Positions 8,916-20,285 of a stretch of DNA of 39,456 nt are shown piece after piece. The notes under the pieces are model-generated. The model searched no databases and had not been told where the DNA came from. It saw only the letters and a list, made by a program, of their open reading frames with translations. How positions within the stretch are numbered: position 1 is the stretch's first letter; the number at the start of each line of letters is the position of its first letter. The translations under genes were made by a program, and so were the position numbers. Source of the stretch: Nemertoderma westbladi (lineage: Eukaryota; Animalia; Xenacoelomorpha); the NCBI GenBank assembly GCA_032718475.1, contig JAUCBJ010000623.1, positions 1-39,456 on the forward strand, written 5' to 3'.

Positions 8916-11900
8916 ATGAGTGACAAACAAGACTATACGAAAAATACACAAACCGACTATGACTCATGTGACGCGGATAAGTCAGCAGCGGAAGAACAAC
9001 AGTGGAAGACTCGCGAGCCTACCGAACCTACACCGTGTGCGTCACCAGTACATCCAACGGGAGTACCGGATGCCGTAGTACGAGGCGACGGCAGGACCGA
9101 GGACTTTCTAACTGTTCCGCAACCTAGATATAGGGAAACGGACATGGTAAGTTCAGCAGGAAGCACAGAAAGTGTGGTTAGAAGCGTCGGAGGTTACATG
9201 GCGCATATAACCAGGAGTATTGGAGAAGGCCAACGCATATTAGACGGGTTGACCGCTCCGATGTCTCGATTCGAGTTCTACACCCTCCAGGTTAGAGTAC
9301 AGAGTAAAGTATATAAGTCCGTAGATAATCTAGTTGGCCTACAAGATCTAGCTAGACAGAGACAGGACATGGATACTCAGCTTAGAATCCTCGAGAAACT
9401 AATGATCACTAGAGAGAAACTGATTCAGTTTAAGTCGACGATTAGACAGATACAACAGGAACAAGCGGACCAGTTGTTAGGTGAGTCAGTTTCAGACGAA
9501 TTATTGCAACCCGAGGAAGAACAGGAACTGTACCGACTGGATGGACAATTGAAACATCTGACGGATCACTTACGTATGTGCGGCGAGGACGTCGGAGATT
9601 GGGAAACCGTGCCGGAAGCTACGAGGGAAACTTCACTCGCACAAATCAAACCGGTACCGGGAACACTAAATCAATCATTGGTGAGTATTCGCAGCGAAAT
9701 TGGCGAGGTGAGTATGGCTACGTCAGAAATTGCTCGACAACAGCAGCTCTACAGACAACAACGAGAAATCGAGGAACAAACTCAGTTATTGACGTTACAA
9801 GCAGCTGTAGAGGAAGAGAAACTACGCGTCGCAAATGTTGCGAGAATTTTTCATCTGCAAGAACAAGCTGAGTTGGAAGCAGCCGAAGTAGAAAGGTTGG
9901 AGTTGGACATTGCACAACAAGCGGCAGCGGCCGAGTTAGCGCAACGAACAGCTGCGGCCGAGTTAGAGCGACAAAGGCTAGCTTCAGAAGCGAGAACCGA
10001 AATGAAAACACGGCAAATAAAGGCTCAGTCAGCTATACGACAAGCAGAGTTCGAGGCGCAACAACAACAAACGGAACAACGCGAGAAAGAAGTTAAACTT
10101 CGTTTCGAACTCGAGAAGAAGGCGAGAGAATTAGCCAACGCCAAGGAAGATCTGGATCTACAAGCCCGCGATCGATCGATGAGATCTCGAGATGGACATG
10201 ATTTAGACCAGATGGAGGTAAGGCACCGCCAAATCCAGGAACGAATGAAGGAAGGTTCGATAGGAGCACCTGGACGGGAACGACAATTAGTTAAAGACTT
10301 ATGTCAACGATTCCCACAGGTAACTCATAGGTTTGCACCAGTTACGACAAAGGAACCTGTTTCGATTGCGGGTAGTAGTAACATTTCTCCTATCCATGGT
10401 GCGACGGAACACAGGTTTGTTATTCCGGACGAGTTTACACCGCCAAGAGCAACGTCGTCGCCTATTCCGAAGGTCAAGGTAAGTAACCCGCCGATTACAG
10501 ATCGTAGTAGTTTATTAGTCGAACCTGTATTACTGACGACTAAACAGGTGAGTCCACCTCTGACGCCAAAACCTGTTACACACTACGCTTACCCAATGAC
10601 GTTTAGGCCAACAAGGCCTTTGGATTCAAATGCTGTCATTCGCCCACCGGTTCAGTTTACATCGCAATCTACGACTTCGAGGAAGACTTGTGAGCCTACC
10701 GAACAACGGAGAACAGTGGATACGCGACCGTTCAACCAGTTTACATCGCAATCTACGACTTCGAGGAAGACTTGTGAGCCTACCGAGCAACGGAGACCAG
10801 TGGATACGCGACCGTTCAACCAGTTTACATCGCAATCTACGACTTCGAGGAAGACTTGTGAGCCTACCGAACAACGGAAACCAGTAGACGATGTTCCGAA
10901 ACGGAATGTTAGGATTCGAACGGTGCAACGGACTCGAGCACGTCGACCACCGTATCCAGGTGACAGTAGTACTTCGAGCGAGTCGGATTACCCGGAACGC
11001 GAGGTATTTAGAACAGGAGCGGCCGACAAATGTAAACGTGAGCGTTCGGATAATTCATTTATCGACAATCCTCCACAGAATACACCAACACAAAAGGCGT
11101 TACAACCAACAGACGCGATCAGTACACAACAATTCGCCGACATTGTCAACAAGTTGGCCCGGATTGAGGAGCGTCTGGAGGAAGTTCAAACCGATAGTTC
11201 GAGGAACACTGAGTTCGAACACAATAGACACCAGAAGGAACCACAAAGACCAGTACCTTCAAAACACCCATCGTATCAGGGAAAAGCGCCAAGAAGGGAG
11301 AACATCAACCAGATTACCAACCAAGGACGCGAAACTCTGAACGTTGCCGAGGAGATAGCGAAATTCGCAGCCAGACAAGGATTGCCGGTGCAACAACCAC
11401 CGAAGTTTTCTGGTAGCTCAAAACACTGGCATACTTTCGTAGACTATATCGAATCCCAGATCGCCGTGTGCGCCTTTACATCACGGGAGAAGTTCAATTA
11501 CCTGCTCCAAACGTTGTCAGGAGAACCTAAACGTTTGGCGGAGACTTTCGTCGGTGTACCGGACGCTTTCGAACTAGCGTACGATCGTTTAACTTCGATA
11601 TACGGAGGTACAGTGAGCATGGCCAGGTCAGTAATAGAGGAACTCTGTAAGGGAGGGGCTATCACTAAACCCGTCGACTTACTAAACTAGCTGACGAGAT
11701 CAAGAACGCTATCACTACCTTAAGATCAATTGGACAACTTGATTACGGGAATACCCCTACAGTCCTATTAAAGATAATAGGACGACTCCACCATCGACTT
11801 CGTCGGGAGTGGAGGAAGGTCGAATACCAGCGAGAGGAGCGGGGAGGATTCTTAAAATTAGAAGATGTGTACCTTTTAATATCCAGGGAGGCGGTAGTAG

Positions 11901-14112
11901 AAACTCGATCTAACTACACCGACCAGCACATCGTGGCAGAAGGAATCACACTGCCATCCTCCAACCGACAAAAACCCCAGACAACATCCACTAAGACGGC
12001 CACTTACGCCACACCGACGGAATCACGACAATTCTCAGACGGTAATAGAGTATCTGCGCCCATTGGGACGAAACAGACGAGACAGCAACTCAGCACCGAC
12101 TTCAACGGCTGCCAATACTGCGAGCATCTAGGTAAGCGGTATATTGGTCACAAGTTACGAGGTTGTCGACAATTTCGCGAGTTGAACTCGGAAGAACGAC
12201 GGCTGCAGATACGGCCACTGGACTCTTGTTGGCGGTGTACGCGACACGGACACGTCCGTAAAGATTGCCCAAATACCGACACTTGTCCATCCTGTGGACG
12301 CAACCATGACGGTCTGCTCCACACAGACAGCCACACGCCGACGAAACGCTTCGCCAGGGAACACCCGGAAGCAGCAGCGAGATGTGATGCGGCTTACCGA
12401 AAACGGGAATCGAAAACAACTCCGACCTTCGTGACACATATTGAGGATTGCTTCTCAGAACAATCCGGATCGTCGGACGAAGAATCAGAAGACGACGACG
12501 AATATTCCAATGGAGACGAACAACCGTCGATCGCGCTCCTGACCACTGATCAACTGAAGGGATTCAGTGTAATCCCGATTAAGGTTACTGGCACAAAGGG
12601 GAGCAAGAGGATCTATGCGATTCTAGATTCAGCCTCATCTCACAGCTACGTGGACGAAAAGATAGCTGACGTCGTGACGGATCTTAAACAAGGTAAGCGT
12701 GTCAGTTATACAGTAAGTAGTATGCACGGACAGCGTGCAATACCAGTGACACGAGTTAAGTTGGACTTAGACTCTCTTCTTCCAAAATCGCAACACAGCG
12801 AGAGGGAGAGGTCTTTGTTACCCTTTAGAGATCTGACCTTTGCGGCCACGAAGGACTTTAGTAACCTACTAGGTCCAGTGCCGGAACAATCTCTGGAGGA
12901 CCGTAAGTATTTCAGACACCTTGGTGTACCCGAATGTCCTGTCAATTATAGATCGGTAGCAATGCTGATCGGGACAGACCAATTCAACCTACATCAGGTG
13001 TGGGAAACCAGACCATCGGCAGTTGTAGCGGGAAACGCATACGCCTGCAGAACGCCGATAGGGTGGTATACTCGAGCGCCTGTGCGCACACTAGACGTAA
13101 GTGACGAGGAAGACGATGTACAGAGTACATGTAGTTTATTAACTACAAATTCAATTCATTCCTTTTCACACGACGTGAACCATACTACACTACAGTCGAC
13201 AAAACATGACAGACGTGTAACTAGTATGATAAGTCGCAAGAAGCAGCTAATCCACCAGCGGAGTTTAGAACTTGGGAAGAAGGCGAGTCAGCCAGAGATT
13301 CCATCGACGACAGATGATAACGCCGGAAGACTTGCGAGCCTTTCTACACCAGACATATCGCCAGACGGTCAACCAGACGCGTTACTAGACGGTCAACCAG
13401 ACATTCTACCAGACACTAGTGACATACTGACAAACAGTAAAGCCGCAGTTTCCCTATTGGAGCGGCCTTCTATTGACAAACTACCAATTTTGACACACTT
13501 GAGCAACCATAAGCAAGGTGAAACCTCATGTATTACAGATGTGGGTAGTACCTACGCTAATGTAAATACAGGTGTTACTTTGCGCTCAAGAGACATACCG
13601 AACTTACAACCTATGGTGAGACCTGGGATTAATGTCGGCAGAAAAATAAGTTTACCGAAACCTGCTGACCCCATAGAGTTCAAACCACCATTAACGATCG
13701 ACTTACAAAGTACTGACAATCAAGGTAAGAAGACAAAGAAGGACAAATTACTTGTAGACCCGGACGGATCAACAGTCAACAAGGGAATACTTACCGGCGG
13801 ACCCGTGGGCCCTTCTAGTAATTCAAAACCTTCCAAAATCTCCATTGACTTACCTGATGACGTCACAAATACTTACGTCGACCGTATTGTAAACTTAACA
13901 GATTCTTGGACAAACGCTTGCCGAAAATTAGCGTGGATTGTACGTTTTGTACAATACGTTAAAGGCAAACGTGACTTTACACGTCGACTTACATTGGCTG
14001 AGATTGACAGGTGTGAGATTAAATTAATTCGCCATTACCAACTGCGATATTTCGCACGCGAATTCACATCCATAAATCAAGGTCAACCAATCAAGTCGTC
14101 ACCAATACTGAG
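8916..14112 (+). pseudogene. BEL/Pao Gag-protease polyprotein, 5' part; -1 frameshift at ~11685; interrupted at 14113
   Basis: Long coiled-coil N-terminus; gag core PPKFSGS..W..F / EKFNYL..TLSGE; PVDLL continues as KLADEIKNAITTL in the -1 frame. Knuckles CQYC..H...C, CWRCTRHGHVRKDC and CPSCGRNHDGLLH. Protease AILDSASSHSYV, MLIGTD and TPIGW. Confidence 0.88.
10652..10887 (+). repeat. 84-bp coding tandem repeat, ~2.8 copies, in gag
   Basis: QFTSQSTTSRKTCEPTEQR occurs three times. Confidence 0.9.
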
Positions 14113-14917
14113 TAGGGATGTCCCGGAATCGATATTTGATTCCGGCCGGAACCGGAACCGGAATTCAACATGCCGGAATATTCCGGCCGGAATTCCGGCC
14201 GGAACCGGAATTTTCTATAATTAGTGAAATACACTAAATGACCCAGGAAATTTTATAATTTTTTATGAAACAAATGAATTTTTTTAATTTCTACAGTAAG
14301 TTTGTTAATGAGATGAATCAGAACCTTGGGGGGAATTAAGGTGGGTGGAGTGGAGAATGACCTGAGCTGTTTGTTACGGCCTATCGCGTCATTAGGTCCT
14401 TTGACGCAATATCTTGGTGTCTTTAAGGAGAAGGAGCATGTTACAGTGACATGTTATTCGAACCAAAACAATAAACGAGCCCAATAAATATTACATGTTA
14501 CAGTTTAATTATTGCTGGGAATAAATAGATTTATGGTAAGAGAAATGGATTTGCTGTAAATAGAAATTAAACTACTATATTATGCAGCACCTACGACGCA
14601 GAACTAAACTAACGACCACTCGCAGGACCTGTACGTGTTGTAATAACGTTTTATATTTATATTAGTTTTAGGTTAAAGTAGTAATTGTAATTGTGTTAAT
14701 CGTTAATCGAGTTTCATTGCTAACTTTAGAAGGTTAGCAATTTATTTAGCCTCCTGAAATTATCATATTATTTAATAATTAATTCAATGTAAAATAATAT
14801 AAAATCAATGTAAAATAATTTAAACTCAATGTAAAATATTGTAAGATCAATGTAAAATAATGTAAAATCAATCTAAAAAACGCCATTTTATAAGCAAATT
14901 GGAAAAACCACCCGCTA

Positions 14918-15238
14918 AGGCCCGTGCTCCACTGGTAAGTCTTATAAAGTCTTAGTCAGAATAAATTATGGAACACATTGGTTTCAATGGGAGCTTCTCC
15001 ACTGGTAAATCGTAAGTTACGACCTATGGGTCGAAAGTGATTATGTCCCATGTTCCATCTTTTGACATATGAATCATGTGTTATATCCGGCAAGATGCCT
15101 CTGATTGGTTACTTTGGGTATAATAAATATGCAGTAAATGTGAATCGCACCTTATTTTTTTATCAAATGACTTATGACTTATGTTACCAATGGAGCAATG
15201 AGGCATTCATTAATCTGAAAACAGTGAAGCGCGGGCCT
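14918..15238. mobile_element. PIF/Harbinger-like MITE nested in the hAT element
   Basis: TIR AGGCCCGTGCTCCACTG / CAGTGAAGCGCGGGCCT and 3-bp TSD CTA (14915-14917, 15239-15241). Confidence 0.7.
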
Positions 15239-15450
15239 CTAATGATGCATTTCATAAAATATCTTCAGAACGACAAAGGGTTTAATTAGTATGAAAATTA
15301 AAAGGGTTATTTTGAATTGTATATGAATACTACCTAAGTGGTGTAACAGATGGTGGGACCATTTTAGTTTGAGGTAAAAATTTTTCAAGACTGAATTCAC
15401 TGTAATAAACAGGGTGGCTGTGAATTTTCCCTCGTTACATAGGTTAGTTA

Positions 15451-15530
15451 GGTTCCACCTTGGTGTAGTGGTTGCATTGAATTCCAATCTATCTGGAGGT
15501 CGTGGGTTCGATCCCTGTATGTGGGCCAAG
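15451..15530 (+). other. tRNA-derived (SINE-head-like) sequence inside the hAT element
   Basis: A box TGGTGTAGTGG at 15461-15471 and B box GGTTCGATCCC at 15505-15515; no complete cloverleaf. Confidence 0.55.
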
Positions 15531-15878
15531 GCAGTTTTCGATTCGGCACGAATGGTTTGAAGGGGCTGACCAGGGGGCATCTATGCCTTGCATCCAAATG
15601 TTAGCTCTAACGGTCGAAGAAAATTTTATTTCTATACTTTTTTGCAAGTGTTGAAAAGTATCTTAATCGAATTGGTAATAATGTTTAAAAAATATATAAA
15701 TGTTGATAATAATTTAACAAACTAATTGCAGCTATTAAACTAGATATGAACCTTGCAATTCCGGTAAAATTCCGGCCGGAATTGACCCCATTCCGGCAAT
15801 TCCGGCCGGAACCGGAATCGGGCAAAAACCGCCGGAATTCCGGCCGGAACGGAATTCCGGGACATCCCTAATACTGAG

Positions 15879-17151
15879 TTGGAGTCCGATTATTTATAAT
15901 GGCTTAATTTGTCATAAATCTCGGCTTCAAAACATTGACCTTAACACAAACTTTAGGTACCCAATAATAATACCGCAACATCACGAACTACAACGTGCAA
16001 TGATACTGGACGCACATTTACATCTGAAACACGCTGGAAGACACCACTGTCTTTCCTACTTACGTACAAGATTTGTATTAATTAGACCCAGTAAAGCGTT
16101 AAGTTCAGTGACGCGTACGTGTATTATTTGTAAAAAGGTACATTCTAGAATAGGTACCCAAGAAATGAGTGAACTACCACAAGCACGACTTCAAGCATTC
16201 AGACCACCTTTTACAGAGACTGGAATTGATTGCTTTGGTCCCATACATACGAAACGTGGACGTATACTAGTAAAACGCTGGGGACTGATTTTCACATGTA
16301 TGTCCAGTAGGGCAGTTCACATTGAACGTGTGATGGATCTTTCCACCAACGCGTTTATACTAGCACTGCGGCGATTTATCGCTAGACGCGGACTAGTGAA
16401 ATGCTTGTACTCAGACCAAGGGACAAACTTTGTTGGTGCTCGGAATGAGATTGCTAGAGCCTTTAAGAAATTAGATCATGATCAAATCTCGAACGAACTA
16501 CAACCTCACAAGATTGTTTGGAAGTTCAATCCTCCAGATAGTCCTTGGAGAGGCGGAGTCTGGGAGAGATTGATTAGATCTATAAAGACAGCCATGGCAA
16601 AAGTCATTCCAGTAAACCACATACTGACAGACGACCAACTGACAACATTGTTTGTTGAAATCGAGGCAATACTAAATACTAGACCAATAGTATTAGTACC
16701 CGATGACAAACAATCTCAATTTGCTTTAACACCAGCACACCTGCTTATGCAGGCACCGACCACATTAATACCTATTTCTATTCCAATAGAAAGCGACAGC
16801 TACGGTAGAAAAGCGTGGAAAATCACGCAACTACTGGCTAACAAATTCTGGGAAATATGGCAAAACCATTATTTGCCCTCTATTTCTGCCAGAACAACTT
16901 GGTATAATAACACCCGCGCATTAAAGCCGGGAGATCACGTGCTGTTGGCAGAAGTGAATCTAAAAAGACGCTTCTGGATAACAGGTGTAATTTTAGCCAC
17001 ACATCCATCTATGGATGGAGTGACAAGAACTGTGACGGTACGGACAATTGACGGTCGTACAGTAGACAGACCGACTCAACGTCTCGTACTTCTTGAAGAG
17101 ACTCGTAATGAGTCTGGAGACTACAAATCTCCAACTAGTATTAGTAAATAA
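15879..17151 (+). CDS. BEL/Pao integrase (C-terminal part of the polyprotein)
   Basis: HHCC (HLHLKHAG...CIIC), DDE triad (GIDCFGP, SDQGTNF, GVWERLIR) and a BEL-type C-terminus (FWEIWQNHYL, DGVTRTVTVRT). Confidence 0.93.
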
Positions 17152-17814
17152 TTAGGAGTTTACAAATAGATTTCCACGTACCTGTACACCGTAGTAAGGA
17201 CAGCGGTAGAATTCCATTGTCTTTATATGTGAACATTGAGGGTAGTACCCTTATGTGTCACATAGGAGCGGGATTTGTAGGTATAAGAAATGGAATTCTA
17301 CTTGGAACTCACAATATTGAGACATTTTCGAAAATTTAGACAATCCATTTGGATTTGAAAAATTTTTAAAATTTTCTCCAGTGAATAGATTCCAGGGTAC
17401 AGTCGGGTGGAACTTAAAATTAGAGAAACAAGAGAGGAAGACTTGCGAGCCTTTCTTAAAATTTTAATTAAATTTTACACGGTCTTGTTTCAATAAGTTA
17501 CGCAAATAAATAGACTCCCCTATATTTATTACTAATTCTTGACTGCTTATTTTCTGATAATAGTTTGGGATCAAAAAGTGAGTATTTTAGACTCACAGCC
17601 AGTTTAGCCCAAATTCGTTTTTTATTTCGGCAAAAAATTTTAGATAAGAAGCAGCGTGTCATTAAAGAAACCTTAGATCTTAGGCTATGGGTAGGAGGTT
17701 AGAGCGTTGTCGAAGCCCAAAGGGCAGACGAAACTCTCACGTCTCCTCACAACTAACCACAAACTCTGTTGTATTCCCTCTAGTAGTAATGATTATGTAA
17801 CTACACCCCTAATT

Positions 17815-19517
17815 ATGGAGAAAGGGATACAAGGAGAGCCGAGATGGGGATATGATATCCAAGAGGAGGCAGCAGCGCCATTCGAAAGATTTGGAGCCAA
17901 GGACTACACTATATTTGGTATAAAGGAATTATCAGAAAGTACAGCGAAGCTCGCAAAGACAGCAATGCCTTTACTCGAGCAGGATTTAGTATATTTCGAG
18001 ACGTGTATCTTCGCTGTGCGGGATCTCTTATCGAAAGACCATCTATGTTTACACTGTTACCCTATGAAGGAGAACGTATCGTGGAAATTACGGATGAATC
18101 ACGGCAGACGCGCGCGCCTATCGGTCACCTTGGTGATGAATTCGAAGTAACTACTACGATCGCCGACGATCCTTTAGAGGAACTTCTTGAGATAGAAAGG
18201 AACCTCCCGAAGAAATCTCAGACGGAGATTCGACAACTTGAAGCAACAGATGCTATAGTTTGTATACAACCTTCAGAAACCTACCAACCCATAGACCCAG
18301 ATGATTACGATTATAGTATGGGAGGAAGCGCTCGACCGATTGGAGATCTTATATACGAACGAGTGTGGTACCCTGCCAATACGATGTGTAGTAAATGTGG
18401 CGTCGCTGGACATCATATGGCAAAGTGCAGTGGAAAGCACATTACTACGACTCAGCTAATCTGTGGATGGTGTGGGGATCAAGGGTCTCATACCTTTTAT
18501 ACTTGCTGGAGATTTATGGCTCAATGTACTTACTGCAATATAAAGGGACATCGAGCATCCGAATGCCAACTAAGAGACATACCTTATGAACACGAATCTG
18601 TAAAACTCGTGAGGAAGTTATTTGATGAGTGGGAAGATTTAGCCGACGAACATGTATCAGCACAAAGAAGACGGTTTCCGATGAGAGCGCATCTCGGATT
18701 TTGGGCGGTAAATCCTCAAACGATGATGTCGGAAGGATATATCTCCGCTATGCCCCAATATGACGAACTTATCGAGGTTGTCGATATTTTGCCCCACGAC
18801 AGCGGATTTCGAGTGGTGCGCGAGTATCTGTTACAGATTCACCCGGATAACAAAAACACGTGGAATTGTCAGAAAGTCGTTAATCGGATTACGTATGGTG
18901 AATTCGATCGTTTCCGAACTGAAAAGCGGAACAAGGGAGCTTGGTTAACCGTTGCATGGGCGTACCGAGCCGCGTTTTACCATAAACGTATACGAGCGAG
19001 CGTATTCGAGGAAGAAGAGGTCCTAGAGGCGACGAATATACCAGCCACTCCGGTTGCGCCGTCTGCACGTCACCCTCGGGAGGACGGGCAGGGTAGGATC
19101 ATACGGGTCCAGAAAGTGGGCCAACAGTTAAAGAAAATTATTAATGTAGAAGAACGCAAGGGAGTTGAGCCGACTATTCGAGTTACTCGGGATACGGTAT
19201 CACTTCCAAGAGAACCAGTAGGAGGATCGGGACATACACCAGCTGATCAACAGGGGGCGCAAGCTACTCTTGGGTCTGCGTCGTCCACTTCTCACGCGTT
19301 CCCAGACGTTCTACCAACTGTAGTGACGACTGATCGGTCACGAGGAATTGGTCGAGGTTTTGGGGTGCCAAATAGACGAATTTGCGAGGAAATAGTCGCA
19401 CCGTCTCTCAACGTCCCAGGTAAACCAGTGACTCGCCCCATTAGTCCCATATCGCGAGCAAAGTCACCTGTGCGCAGTTTTCGAGGACGCGGCAGGGCTC
19501 GATCCACTAAGCGATAA
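17815..19517 (+). CDS. Extra ORF3 of the LTR element: protein with three CCHC zinc knuckles and a basic tail; main frame open from 17856, start uncertain
   Basis: CSKCGVAGHHMAKC, CGWCGDQGSHTFYTC and CTYCNIKGHRASEC. No evident signal peptide or transmembrane segment. The ATG at 17815 is in another frame. Confidence 0.75.
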
Positions 19518-20285
19518 AAGGGAGGGCAAGGGTGGATGTAAGACTCGTGAGCCTTTCTTATGATTTTGTGATTTATTTTGAATTATATGTTTTATATTTA
19601 GAAAACTTATGCAATTTGTATTGTTCCGAATTTATGAAATTTTGAAATAAGAACTTATATTTAGTAAACTTATATTTAGCAAGATTTATATTTGTAAGAA
19701 TTTATATTTTATATTTGTAATTATTCCGAACTTATGCAATTTATATTATTCCGAACTTATGTAATGTATATTGTTCCGAATACTATGCAATTTATATTTT
19801 ATAAGCAGTATTTGTATTTACAGTGAAATAGAAAGTTTTATAGATAGAAAATTTGTGCTCAGAAAGACTCATATTTGTAATTATTCCAAACTTATGCAAT
19901 CTACATTTAGGTACGAAAGTATTTGTAATTACTTGAATTTATGCAATATTTGAGATGCAATAGTAGATGGAAGACTCGCGAGCCTTTCTTATTGTTTTCA
20001 TTTATTTGTATTTGTAATTGTTTGAATTTATGCAATATTGAGATGCAATAGATTTATATTGGTGAATTTAATTTAGATTTATATTGTACTTACTTAGTAA
20101 AGCCTTAAATACGTAAAGTTTGAATTTGTAATTATTTTTGTATCGAATCATTACGTAAAAAAGGAAGTATTGTTTGAAATTTAATTGTAAATATGTAAGT
20201 ACGCCCTAAGTATTCTATAGTTTGATTGATTATTGGTGAAAACCGTATATTTTATGCACGATAATATCCTGTTTTCATGGAGCGG

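Larger units (their letters stand above)
14113..15870. mobile_element. Non-autonomous hAT DNA transposon inserted in the polyprotein gene
   Basis: 17-bp TIR TAGGGATGTCCCGGAAT / ATTCCGGGACATCCCTA, 8-bp TSD ATACTGAG (14105-14112, 15871-15878) and CCGGAA subterminal repeats. Removing it restores the frame SPILSWSPII. Confidence 0.92.

Noticed and set aside
14105-14112. The hAT TSD (ATACTGAG) begins with the BEL TSD (ATACT)
   Set aside because: Independent insertions by different enzymes; a 5-bp coincidence.
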